This document shows, piece by piece, positions 26,362 through 36,412 of a stretch of DNA of 64,000 nucleotides. The stretch comes from an uncultured bacterium (GTDB lineage Bacteria; Bacillota_I; Bacilli_A; RF39; UBA660). The notes beneath the pieces were generated by a model. The model was not told the DNA's origin. It did no database searches and saw nothing but the letters and a program-made list of their open reading frames with translations. The stretch covers positions 77,226 to 141,225 of the forward strand of contig CAMVPB010000001.1 of the NCBI GenBank assembly GCA_947169285.1, in the 5' to 3' direction. Each line of letters begins with the position of its first letter. Position 1 is the stretch's first letter. The position numbers and the translations under genes are program-made.

Positions 26362-28075
26362 GTTTTATATAGTCGAATTTATTATATAAAGTTTTAGGTA
26401 AAGATTTTACTATTTCAATATTTTTAACTTGTGAGTAAGCTGCTAAGTTTTCTTTACATAATTTTTTAATTTCATTTCTAAATTTAAATGTATCTTCCTT
26501 ACCTTCTTTTAAGATAATATAAGCTTTTGGTACATGCATTTTATATTCATGTGGAATACTTATTACACAGCATTTAGATACATCTGGATGTCTTTCAATT
26601 ACTTCTTCTATTGCACTTGGATATACATTAAATCCACTAGACACTATTACTCTTTTTAATCTTTGAGTAAAGTATATTACTCCATTAGGCGCTATATAAC
26701 CAATATCTCCCGTATGTAACCATATCTTACCATCTTTGTGTCTTCTTAATACTTTTTTGGTTTCAGCTTTATTGTTTAAATATCCCATCATTACAGTTGG
26801 ACCATTTACACAAATTTCACCTTCTTCACCAAATGGAAGAGGTTCAATAGATTCTGGAGGACATATACAGAATTCATTACCTACCATAGGTATTCCAATA
26901 GAGCCCGGTTCATTAGATCCGTCATATGTATAAGCAGTAGCAGCAACACTTTCAGTCATTCCATAACCTTTAGAAATAGATATTTTAGCTCCATGAGTTC
27001 TTAAATATCTATTCATTTTATTTTCCAAACTAACTGTTAAATAATCTCCACCACTTATAACATATTTTAATGCACTTAAATCTAATCTATCAAACATTTT
27101 ATTATTAAGAATAGCTTCCCATAAAGTTGGAACACCTGCTAGAATATTAGGATGATATTTATCCATTATTTTATAAAATCTTTTAGCATTAAATTCAGGT
27201 ACTAATATAGCTTCTACTTTTAAAGATAAAGGACAGTGCACACAAACGCCTAAACCAAAGCCATGAAATATAGGCAAGATAGTAACAACTTTATCTTTTG
27301 GTCTTGCATTATATACATTAACTCCACCTTGTTGTGCTAAAGCATTAAAACTATAGTTACTTATCATTATTCCTTTAGGAGTTCCTGTTGTTCCTCCACT
27401 ATGAAGAATAACACCTAGATCTTTAGGACTTACATTAACTTTAATTTCCTTGTGATATGAATAAGATAAATTAATAAATTCTTTCCACTTAATACATTTT
27501 TTGTCATTAACTGGTCTTTTAATTTTAAGTCCTTGTGTTAAAGAGTATCCTATACCCATCACTTTAGGCATAGATTCTTTTACAGATACTATTATAATTT
27601 TATCAACGTTAGTATCTTTTATTATATCTTTTACTTTTTCATAATTAGCATCGTATAACATTAAAATCTTAGATTTTGATTCACTTAAATAAAACTTTAT
27701 CTCATTAGCAGCTGATAAAGGGTGTATCATATCTGCAACTGCTCCTATTTTATTACACGCATAAAACATTTCTACTGCTTCTGGTGTGTTAGGCATACAT
27801 ATTGAAACAACATCACCTTTTTTGACATTCCAAGCCTTTAATGACTTAGAAATAGTATTTACTTTTTTTAAAAAATTAAAATATGTAATTCTATTTCCAA
27901 AATAGTTTATTGCATAAAAATCTAAGTCATCTCCAACATTATCTCTCATATAATTATATATTGATTTATTGGTAAACTTAATTGATCTATCTTTTCTTGA
28001 ATAATATGCAAGCCATGGTTGCTCTTTTCTTTTCCCTTTAAAAATTCTAATTAATAACTTATCTAAAAATCCCAC
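26312..28075 (-). CDS. long-chain acyl-CoA/acyl-ACP synthetase (AMP-dependent ligase)
   Basis: AMP-binding LHSGGTTGTPKG, YGMTE, 587 aa. Confidence 0.8.
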   Translation of the reverse strand: MGFLDKLLIRIFKGKRKEQPWLAYYSRKDRSIKFTNKSIYNYMRDNVGDDLDFYAINYFGNRITYFNFLKKVNTISKSLKAWNVKKGDVVSICMPNTPEAVEMFYACNKIGAVADMIHPLSAANEIKFYLSESKSKILMLYDANYEKVKDIIKDTNVDKIIIVSVKESMPKVMGIGYSLTQGLKIKRPVNDKKCIKWKEFINLSYSYHKEIKVNVSPKDLGVILHSGGTTGTPKGIMISNYSFNALAQQGGVNVYNARPKDKVVTILPIFHGFGLGVCVHCPLSLKVEAILVPEFNAKRFYKIMDKYHPNILAGVPTLWEAILNNKMFDRLDLSALKYVISGGDYLTVSLENKMNRYLRTHGAKISISKGYGMTESVAATAYTYDGSNEPGSIGIPMVGNEFCICPPESIEPLPFGEEGEICVNGPTVMMGYLNNKAETKKVLRRHKDGKIWLHTGDIGYIAPNGVIYFTQRLKRVIVSSGFNVYPSAIEEVIERHPDVSKCCVISIPHEYKMHVPKAYIILKEGKEDTFKFRNEIKKLCKENLAAYSQVKNIEIVKSLPKTLYNKFDYIKLEKEEQEKYEKEKAVK

Positions 28076-28077
28076 TG

Positions 28078-28641
28078 TTAATCCTCCAAATTAGTTTTAA
28101 TTATATTCATTAACTTATCATTTTCTTTATTTAAATCATTTGATTTTATTTCAATAGGTTCATAAAATTTAATCTTTATTCTACTAAATATTTTATATTT
28201 ACCTTTAATAGTAAAAGGAACTATTTTCTTATTAGCATCTTTTGCAAACTTAACTGCTCCTATTTTAAATGGAATTATAGTTTCTTTGGTTCTATTTATA
28301 GTACCTTCTGGAAATATCCCTATCACTCCATCATTATTCAAGATCTTATTAGCTATTTCAATAGATTCTTTATTTTGATGATTCACTCTGTCAATTGGAA
28401 TAATTCCCATACTTCTTAATATAAAATGTTTATATAAAGAATCTTTTGCTAAAAATCTAATACATCTTTTAGTTGATGAGATTAATAATACACAGTCTAA
28501 ATTATTAGTATGATTACCAGCTAAAATTATTCCTTCATTTAAAGGAATATTTTCTATTCCCTCAATTTTAGGCAAATAAACAATATTAACTAAAAACTTA
28601 ATTACAGGTCTTGTTAACTTATATAATATTGGTGTTTTCAT
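28078..28641 (-). CDS. 1-acyl-sn-glycerol-3-phosphate acyltransferase-like (PlsC family)
   Basis: AGNHTNNLDC (HxxxxD) and FPEGTINRTKE. Confidence 0.75.
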   Translation of the reverse strand: MKTPILYKLTRPVIKFLVNIVYLPKIEGIENIPLNEGIILAGNHTNNLDCVLLISSTKRCIRFLAKDSLYKHFILRSMGIIPIDRVNHQNKESIEIANKILNNDGVIGIFPEGTINRTKETIIPFKIGAVKFAKDANKKIVPFTIKGKYKIFSRIKIKFYEPIEIKSNDLNKENDKLMNIIKTNLED

Positions 28642-28703
28642 ATTATCAACCCTACAATTAATTATACGCTATTATAAAAAAAACTACAAATAAAAAAGAG
28701 TTA

Positions 28704-29366
28704 TTAACTCTTCTTCATTTCATAAACAACATCTACATTGTCACTTACATTCTTTGAATGGGTTACAATAATAACACATTTATTTTCTTTTTTAGCTAAA
28801 TTCTCAAATATTTTCATTATTTCATCTTCAGTTTCTTTATCTAAGTTACCAGTAGGTTCATCCGCAAGGATTATATCAGGATTATATGAAAGACTTCTTG
28901 CAATTGCAATTCTTTGCTGTTCTCCACCTGATAGTTTTAATACTCTCCTATTTGCAAGACTTTTATCAAGACCAACACTTTCCATAAGCGATAGAGCCTT
29001 CTCTTTTTTATTAATACCTTTTAAATTACTTATATCCATAGATAACATTATATTTTCTAAAGCAGTTAAATGAGGTAAAAGATTATAACTTTGAAATATA
29101 ATTCCTATATAAGTATTTCTATATTTATCTAAATTTATCTTCTTTAAATTTTCATTCTTATAAAATATATTTCCTTCATACTTATTTTCAAGACCACTTA
29201 TTAATGATAATAATGTTGTTTTACCTGTTCCACTTTTTCCTTTAATCGCATAAGTTTTTCCAAGTTCAAATTCATAATTAACATTTTTTAAAGTATATTC
29301 ATCTTTTTTAGCATCTTTATATCTATAACTAACATTATCAATTTTTAAAATAACATTCTTTTTCAT
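28704..29366 (-). CDS. ABC transporter ATP-binding protein (MacB/FtsE-like)
   Basis: Walker A GKSGTGKTT, signature LSGGEQQRIAIAR. Confidence 0.85.
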   Translation of the reverse strand: MKKNVILKIDNVSYRYKDAKKDEYTLKNVNYEFELGKTYAIKGKSGTGKTTLLSLISGLENKYEGNIFYKNENLKKINLDKYRNTYIGIIFQSYNLLPHLTALENIMLSMDISNLKGINKKEKALSLMESVGLDKSLANRRVLKLSGGEQQRIAIARSLSYNPDIILADEPTGNLDKETEDEIMKIFENLAKKENKCVIIVTHSKNVSDNVDVVYEMKKS

Positions 29367-30898
29367 TAGCTTCTCTCCCTTAATATTTCAAGTGGTGAAA
29401 ATCTTTGAATACTTATCATTGAAGCTAGAGAACTTATAAATGTAAGACCAACTCCAATAAGTAAAAGTTCACCTAATACTTTAATATCTACTACTGCATT
29501 TATTGAATCTGCTTTTTCTATTGTAACAAGTCCATTAATTTTATTTTGAGGCCCACCTTCACCAAACATATGCCCACCAAAATTAGAATTAATTTTTTCA
29601 ACATTTGAAGTAGAATTTTGAATTTCATTTTCTAAAAGTGAATTAGCAATTTTAACACTTGATAAAGAACCAATACCAGCACCAATTATTAAACCAAATA
29701 TAGTGACTACTAAAAGTTCAATTACAAATTCAGAAATAACTTTAAATTTAGACATACCAATTGTTCTTAAAACACCAATTTCATATTTTCTTTCTCTAAT
29801 ATTAATCATATTAATAACAAATAATACTACTCCACCTATAATTAAAGTTATAATTAAGAAAGTAGTCGCAAAAGTTTTGACATTATTTATTGATTCGGTC
29901 GCACTCTCTACTTCAGATAAGTTATTAGTTACTTGATAATATTCACTTAAACCTTTTCCAGTTACTTCTTCGCTAAACTTATCAACAACATCACTACTTG
30001 TCAATATAAATGTAGGGTTTAATTCTGCATTCAAATCATCACTCAAAGCAAGAATGCTTTCAATGACATTACTATTAGTTATAATATCATTAACTGATGC
30101 AGAAAACATATTAGTCATATCATCTGAATCTTCAGTATTTTCTTTATAAATACCGCTAACAGTAAGTTCATAAGTTATTTTTGAATCTTTTGGGCTAGTT
30201 AAAGTTATTGTATCTCCTACTTCAATATTATTAAGACTTGCAAGTTCTTCACTTATAACACAAGTATTACTTTCAAAATCACTACTAACTTCACCTGAAG
30301 TAATCGTATAACTACCATTAATAAAATCAGTCATTGCTTCATATGAATTATATCCAATTAATTTAAATGCACCATTTTCTGCTTTTAAATTTTTAATTTC
30401 TTCGGTTTTTTTAGTAGTTGTTGTACTTCTTTTACCACCATAGTTTCCATCTGGTCTTCCTGGATAATTTCCACCTCCAAATGTTTCAGTTCTAGTAGTT
30501 GTTGTAGTAGTTTCCTTCACTAAACTATCAGTTGCTTCTTTTAAATTACTACTATTCATATTAAGAGTATAAGTATAATAATAACTAGATACATATTTAC
30601 TATCAGCATACTTTTCAATTTCTTCCTTTGTAACACTCTCAATGTTATTAAAAGAATTAATCATGTCTTCCCCAGAACTACTTTCTTTAAAAGATTCAAC
30701 TAATTTTTCCCTATTCATTCCAATAGAAGCTTTTATTTGATACTTTTCTTCATAAGAAGAAACTATTTTATTCGCAGCATTAAGGATGGATAACGTTACT
30801 GCACAAGCGCAAGATATAACAATTATTATTATACCTATCAAAATATTTCTTCCTTTGTTCCTACTTATTGATTTGAATGAATTTTTAAAAATATACAT
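29366..30898 (-). CDS. ABC transporter permease, FtsX-like with large extracellular domain
   Basis: 510 aa; TM1, ~300-aa extracytoplasmic region, C-terminal FtsX-type TM bundle. Confidence 0.7.
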   Translation of the reverse strand: MYIFKNSFKSISRNKGRNILIGIIIIVISCACAVTLSILNAANKIVSSYEEKYQIKASIGMNREKLVESFKESSSGEDMINSFNNIESVTKEEIEKYADSKYVSSYYYTYTLNMNSSNLKEATDSLVKETTTTTTRTETFGGGNYPGRPDGNYGGKRSTTTTKKTEEIKNLKAENGAFKLIGYNSYEAMTDFINGSYTITSGEVSSDFESNTCVISEELASLNNIEVGDTITLTSPKDSKITYELTVSGIYKENTEDSDDMTNMFSASVNDIITNSNVIESILALSDDLNAELNPTFILTSSDVVDKFSEEVTGKGLSEYYQVTNNLSEVESATESINNVKTFATTFLIITLIIGGVVLFVINMINIRERKYEIGVLRTIGMSKFKVISEFVIELLVVTIFGLIIGAGIGSLSSVKIANSLLENEIQNSTSNVEKINSNFGGHMFGEGGPQNKINGLVTIEKADSINAVVDIKVLGELLLIGVGLTFISSLASMISIQRFSPLEILRERS

Positions 30899-31107
30899 AT
30901 TTTTTCTCCTTTCAACATTTAAATTATATGATCAAAATATTAAAAAAAAATTAAAAGAAGCGTTAAGCTTCTTTTTGAGTTAATATCATTAGAAATTTAT
31001 TTTATTATTATGTATAGTTAATATTTCTATCTATATAACATTTATCACTTCCCTTCACTATATTAATAGTAAATTAAAAATATTAAATAAACATTAAAAA
31101 AGTAATA

Positions 31108-32298
31108 TTATCTAAATATTACTTTAAATGTTGTCAAATTATTTTTAGATTCAACTTTTATTTCACCATTATGATTATTAACAATTGATTTAGCAATAGA
31201 CAAACCTAGTCCATAGTGATTACTATTCCTATTTCTAGATTTATCTACTCTATAAAATCTTTCAAATATTTTATCCAAATCTTCTTCTTTAATATTATCT
31301 CCTTTGTTAGAAATATTAAGTATTATTCCTTCTTTATTTTTATCAAGATTTATACTTATTATAGATTTAGAATAAGAATGTTCAATTGCATTATCAATTA
31401 GTATACTAAATAATTGATTTATTTGTGTTTCATTGCATTTAAAATTGACACCTTTTTTTATATCATATTTGAATTTAACATTCTTTTCAAAAGCTAAACT
31501 TTCAAATCTAAGAATAGACTTTTCTAAAGTTTTTGATAAATCTATATCTTTATATAATTCCTTATTATTTCCTTCTTCTAATTTAGCAAGATCTAATAAT
31601 TCAGTTATAAGCTTGTTGCTCTTTTCTGTCTCATTTTTAATATTATTAATCCATTTTAAATCTGAATCACTCTCATATGCTTCTACATTTGACATAATAA
31701 CTGCGATAGGCGTCTTAAGTTCATGAGAAGCATCTGCAATAAATCTTTTCTGATTTTCAAAACTATCTTCAACAGGTTTACTTATCCACTTAGTTAATAA
31801 CTTTGATATTAAAAATACAATCACTTCTAATATTATAAATACTATTAATGAAATATTTAAATGAGAATTTAATCTCTTTGTAGTATTAATATTATCTATA
31901 ATAATTAATGTATTATTTGACTTAAACCCATATGAATATCTATTAAAATATAAATTACCTACAAACATTTTTTTATTATTAGTATTTAATATTTTATTAG
32001 TGACTTCCTTAATTTCTTCAGTTTCAGCCACTTCACTATGACTTATTACTTTAACTATTTCATTTTTATTATTTAATATAACTGAATAAAGAGTAGTATC
32101 AGCGAATATCTTAGGCTCATTATTATTAGGATCTCTCATTATGTTATTTCTATCTTCTACTAATCTTTTTAAATTACCTTCAGTTCTAATCTTCTCTTCT
32201 TTATAAAATTGATAATTTGAAATAGAAAATACTAAAAGTAATGAAAAGGTGAAAATAAAGAATATTGTAAAGAACAGTTTATTTCTTAGCTTTTTCAT
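31108..32298 (-). CDS. sensor histidine kinase
   Basis: H-box ADASHELKTPIAV, two N-terminal TMs, HATPase C-terminal region. Confidence 0.85.
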   Translation of the reverse strand: MKKLRNKLFFTIFFIFTFSLLLVFSISNYQFYKEEKIRTEGNLKRLVEDRNNIMRDPNNNEPKIFADTTLYSVILNNKNEIVKVISHSEVAETEEIKEVTNKILNTNNKKMFVGNLYFNRYSYGFKSNNTLIIIDNINTTKRLNSHLNISLIVFIILEVIVFLISKLLTKWISKPVEDSFENQKRFIADASHELKTPIAVIMSNVEAYESDSDLKWINNIKNETEKSNKLITELLDLAKLEEGNNKELYKDIDLSKTLEKSILRFESLAFEKNVKFKYDIKKGVNFKCNETQINQLFSILIDNAIEHSYSKSIISINLDKNKEGIILNISNKGDNIKEEDLDKIFERFYRVDKSRNRNSNHYGLGLSIAKSIVNNHNGEIKVESKNNLTTFKVIFR

Positions 32299-32977
32299 TT
32301 ATATCCTCCAGCTTATATCCAAGGCCTCTAACAGCTTTAATGTTAACTTTTGAACCAATTACATTTAATTTTTTTCTTAAGAAAGATAGATAGGCTTCTA
32401 AGTTATTAGACTCAATTTCATTATCAAGACCCCAAATTTTATCATATATTTGATCTTTAGATATAACAATATTTTTATTTTGCATCAAATACTCTAAAAT
32501 CATAAACTCTTTTCCACTAATTTCAATTGTTTCATTAGTAGTTGTGCACTTTAATACATAAGTTCTTAAATTTAGTTCAATATCGGAAACACAGATTAAA
32601 TCTTCGCTATTTTTAGAATACTCTTTTCTAAGTTGAATATTCACTCTAGCGATTAATTCATCCATATGGAAAGGTTTAGTAATATAGTCATCAGCCCCAC
32701 CGTTTAAGCCATTTAATTTGTCATCAAGTTCTGACTTAGCTGTTAACATAATTACTTTGGATTCAATATTATTTTTTTTAATTTCCTTTAATATTTCAAA
32801 TCCATTAGTTATAGGTAGCATTACATCTAAAATAATAAGATCATATATATTACTAAGTGCATTATAAAGCCCTTCTTCACCATCAGAAGATATATCAACT
32901 TCATACTTTTCTTTTTCAAGTCTAGATTTTATCGCATCCGCTAAATTAAATTCATCCTCAACTATCAATATCCTCAT
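32279..32977 (-). CDS. OmpR-family response regulator
   Basis: Receiver MRILIVEDE...LDVMLP, winged-helix C-terminus; 20-bp overlap with kinase. Confidence 0.85.
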   Translation of the reverse strand: MRILIVEDEFNLADAIKSRLEKEKYEVDISSDGEEGLYNALSNIYDLIILDVMLPITNGFEILKEIKKNNIESKVIMLTAKSELDDKLNGLNGGADDYITKPFHMDELIARVNIQLRKEYSKNSEDLICVSDIELNLRTYVLKCTTTNETIEISGKEFMILEYLMQNKNIVISKDQIYDKIWGLDNEIESNNLEAYLSFLRKKLNVIGSKVNIKAVRGLGYKLEDINEKAKK

Positions 32978-33058
32978 AATTCACCTCGTTAAAATACTAA
33001 CAATTAAATATTAAAATAAAATTAAAATATACTATTATTATAAATTATCAATTAATTC

Positions 33059-33315
33059 TTGTAAAATAAAAAAAATATGATATAATCTAACTAGTAAAAA
33101 CGAGGAAGAAGAAGAGTATTTTAAAGATTCTTTATAGAGAGTTAGTGGATGGTGAAAACTAATAAGATATTTAAAAGAATAAAGACTTTGGAGTTGAATA
33201 CCGTATACAAGGTATTACGTTAATCGCGTTAAGATAAGAGATATTATAAATTTATAATATAAATTAAGGTGGTACCACGGTTTCTTCGTCCTTTTTCCAA
33301 GGACGTTTTTATTTT
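33059..33315 (+). promoter_or_regulatory. promoter (TTGTAA-16-TGaTATAAT) plus T-box riboswitch leader with terminator, upstream of lysS
   Basis: T-box sequence AATTAAGGTGGTACCACGG at ~33262..33280; AGAGAG/GGTGAAAAC stem-I elements; terminator CGTCCTT-tttcc-AAGGACG+TTTTTATTTT at ~33287..33315; candidate Lys specifier (AAG or AAA) in stem I. Confidence 0.75.
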
Positions 33316-33329
33316 ATAAGGAGGCTTTT

Positions 33330-34817
33330 ATGGAAAGAAATTTTACAGAACAAGAATTAGTTAGGAGAGAAAAAGCAGAAAAGTTAAAAGAATTAGGTCT
33401 AGATGCATTTGGACAAAGATATGATAAAACTGATTATGCGGTAGATATTAAAGAAAAATATAAAGATGTTGAACATGATCAATTTGAGAGTATGAATGAT
33501 ACTGCTAAAGTAGCCGGTAGAATAATGTTTATTAGAAAAATGGGAAAAGCTTCATTCTTTACCATTAAAGATAAAACTGGACCTATCCAAATATATATTT
33601 CAATAAATGATATTGGAGAAGATAATTATAATTTATTCAAATCAGCAGATATTGGTGATATTGTTGGTGTTTATGGAAAAATAATGAAAACAAATACTGG
33701 AGAAATTACTATTAAGTGTTTAGAATATACACATTTAGTAAAAGCATTGAAACCACTTCCAGAAAAATTTCATGGACTTACTGATATTGAAGAAAGATAT
33801 AGAAGAAGATACTTAGACCTTATAATGAATGATGAATCTAAACGTGTTGCCTTCATGAGACCAAGAATTATAAGATGTATTCAAAACTTCTTAGATAAAC
33901 AAGGATTTACTGAAGTAGAAACTCCAATATTAACAACATTATTAACAGGTGCTTCAGCTAGACCATTTGTAACCCACCATAATGCTCAAGACTTAGATAT
34001 GTATTTAAGAATAGCACTAGAACTTAATTTAAAAAGATTATTAGTTGGTGGAATGGAAAGAGTTTATGAAATTGGAAGAACATTTAGAAATGAAGGAATG
34101 GATCTTCAACATAATCCAGAATTTACAATGATGGAAGTATACCAAGCATATTCTAATTTAGAAGGCATGATGGAACTTACTGAAAATATGTATAAGACAA
34201 TCGCTAATGAAGTATGTGGTAAAACAACATTTAATTATTTAGGACATGAAATTAACCTAGATGGTGAATGGAAAAGAATATCTATGACAGATGCTATCAA
34301 AGAAAAAACTGGAATAGATTTTAAAGCAATCACTGATTTAAATGAATGCTTGAACCTTGCTAAAGAACATGGTATTGAACTTGAAGAACATGAGAAACAA
34401 TATGGACATATAATTAATAAATTCTTTGAAAAGTATGTAGAAGAAACATTAATTGAACCAACATTCTTATATGGACATCCAATTGAAATATCTCCACTTA
34501 CTAAAAAAGATCCAGAAGATCCTAGATTTACTCAAAGATTTGAATTATTTATTTCTGGTAAAGAATGTGCAAATGCATATACAGAATTAAATGATCCAAT
34601 TGATCAATTAGAAAGATTTGAAGCTCAATTAAAAGAAAAAGATATGGGTAATGAAGAAGCTAATGATATAGATATGGATTTCATTGAAGCTCTAGAATAT
34701 GGTATGCCACCAGCAGGCGGAATTGGATATGGAATAGATAGACTAGTAATGTTATTTACAGAACAAGATTCAATAAGAGACGTTCTATTATTCCCTACAA
34801 TGAAACCAAGAGAATAA
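33330..34817 (+). CDS. lysS: lysine--tRNA ligase (class II)
   Basis: 495 aa; class II motifs, anticodon-binding OB N-terminus, ...GGIGYGIDRLVMLFT... C-terminus. Confidence 0.9.
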   Translation: MERNFTEQELVRREKAEKLKELGLDAFGQRYDKTDYAVDIKEKYKDVEHDQFESMNDTAKVAGRIMFIRKMGKASFFTIKDKTGPIQIYISINDIGEDNYNLFKSADIGDIVGVYGKIMKTNTGEITIKCLEYTHLVKALKPLPEKFHGLTDIEERYRRRYLDLIMNDESKRVAFMRPRIIRCIQNFLDKQGFTEVETPILTTLLTGASARPFVTHHNAQDLDMYLRIALELNLKRLLVGGMERVYEIGRTFRNEGMDLQHNPEFTMMEVYQAYSNLEGMMELTENMYKTIANEVCGKTTFNYLGHEINLDGEWKRISMTDAIKEKTGIDFKAITDLNECLNLAKEHGIELEEHEKQYGHIINKFFEKYVEETLIEPTFLYGHPIEISPLTKKDPEDPRFTQRFELFISGKECANAYTELNDPIDQLERFEAQLKEKDMGNEEANDIDMDFIEALEYGMPPAGGIGYGIDRLVMLFTEQDSIRDVLLFPTMKPRE

Positions 34818-34844
34818 TTTATAAATATACTCATATAATATTTC

Positions 34845-35333
34845 ATGAGACTAATATTATGTGATAATGAAAATTTAAAACTTAAAAAACATCCAGAAGA
34901 CATAGTGATAATTCCTTCTAAGGATTTAAAACCATGTATTGGATGTTTTTATTGTTGGACAAAAAATCCAACAAATTGTATTCATAGTGATGATGGAAAC
35001 ATTCAAGAATTAATTTCTAAATCTGATGAACTTATTATTATTTCAAAAAACACTTACGGAGGTTTAAGCATACCTATTAAAAGAACATTAGATAGAAGTA
35101 TATCATTTATACTTCCATATTTTGAAAAAAGAAATAAACTTACAAGACATAAAAAAAGATATGATAAGGAATTAAAAATATCAGGTTACATTTACAATGT
35201 AAATACAAATAAAGAAAAAGAAACTTTAACAAATATTTTTAACTCTATGTCAGAAAACTTTGGAGGTAAGCTAAATAATTTAGACTTTTTCAATGATGAA
35301 AAGGAGTTTGAAAATGAAAACATTGATAATTAA
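34845..35333 (+). CDS. iron-sulfur flavoprotein-like / flavodoxin-fold protein with compact Cys motif
   Basis: CIGCFYCWTKNPTNC (Cx2Cx2Cx6C) followed by ...ELIIISKNTYGG...TLDRSISF typical of Isf/NADPH-FMN reductase fold. Confidence 0.5.
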   Translation: MRLILCDNENLKLKKHPEDIVIIPSKDLKPCIGCFYCWTKNPTNCIHSDDGNIQELISKSDELIIISKNTYGGLSIPIKRTLDRSISFILPYFEKRNKLTRHKKRYDKELKISGYIYNVNTNKEKETLTNIFNSMSENFGGKLNNLDFFNDEKEFENENIDN

Positions 35334-35886
35334 TGGTAGCCCTAAAATAAAAAATAGTAATAGTGAAGCTCTTGTTAACAAACTTAACCATTACTTAAAT
35401 ACTGATACTATTCAAATAAATATTAAAAATTATAAAGAGAATATTGATTTAAGTAATTATAATACCATTATTTTTGTATTCCCTTTATATGTTGATGGAA
35501 TTCCATCACATTTATTAGAAGCATTAACTAATTTAAATATTAATGAAAGTACAAATATATACGCGATTGTAAATTGTGGATTTCCAGAAAGTGCACATAC
35601 TAAACAAGGCCTAGATCTTATAAGAAACTATTCAATACATAGAAATTTAAATTACAAAGGTGGTCTTGGTATAGGCGGATGTGGTGGTTTAAATGGAATG
35701 AATAAGAACAAACTATTAAAATTTACTAGTAAAAGCATTGATAAAAACATAGAAGAATTATCTGAATTTATATTAAATAATGATCCATATGATAATACTT
35801 ACATAACAACAAATATACCTAATAGTATTTATAGATATATAGGTAATTTATCTTGGAAAAAAGATTTAGATAAAATTGACTCATAA
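35314..35886 (+). CDS. flavodoxin-like NAD(P)H-dependent FMN reductase family protein
   Basis: MKTLIINGSPKIKNSNSEAL... (GSPK P-loop-like FMN site); start moved to ATG after AAGGAG. Confidence 0.5.
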   Translation: MKTLIINGSPKIKNSNSEALVNKLNHYLNTDTIQINIKNYKENIDLSNYNTIIFVFPLYVDGIPSHLLEALTNLNINESTNIYAIVNCGFPESAHTKQGLDLIRNYSIHRNLNYKGGLGIGGCGGLNGMNKNKLLKFTSKSIDKNIEELSEFILNNDPYDNTYITTNIPNSIYRYIGNLSWKKDLDKIDS

Positions 35887-35920
35887 ATAAAATTATAATA
35901 TACTTTTTAAGAGGTATAAT

Positions 35921-36382
35921 ATGAGAAATTTTGAAAAAATAAGTTATAAACAATTTAAAAAAGATATAAAAGATGATAAAAAATTATATGATAGTTATTC
36001 ACTTCCTTCAAGAAATTCAACAAATGCTGCTGGTTATGATTTTTACCTTATAGAAGATATTGAAATAAGGCCAAACGAAATAATAAAGATTCCAACAGGT
36101 ATTAAGGCTTATTTTGAGCCTAATGAAGTTTTATTTCTAATAGTTAGAAGTTCAACTGGGTTTAAATACAATATAAGACTTGTTAACCAAGTTGGAGTAA
36201 TTGATTCAGACTATTATAATAACAAAGATAATGAAGGCCATATATTTATAAAAATTCAAAACGAAGGTAAAGAAACAATTAAATTCAAAACTGGAGATCA
36301 CATAGTTCAAGGAATATTTATTAACTTCTTAAAAACAGATAGTGATAAAAATATAGAATCAGAAAGAAAATCAAGTTATTAA
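35921..36382 (+). CDS. dut: dUTP diphosphatase
   Basis: ...AAGYDFY..., RSSTGFKYNIRLVNQVGVIDSDY motifs of trimeric dUTPase; 153 aa. Confidence 0.75.
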   Translation: MRNFEKISYKQFKKDIKDDKKLYDSYSLPSRNSTNAAGYDFYLIEDIEIRPNEIIKIPTGIKAYFEPNEVLFLIVRSSTGFKYNIRLVNQVGVIDSDYYNNKDNEGHIFIKIQNEGKETIKFKTGDHIVQGIFINFLKTDSDKNIESERKSSY

Positions 36383-36412
36383 AAAATATTAATGAAAATC
36401 ATTAATATTTTT

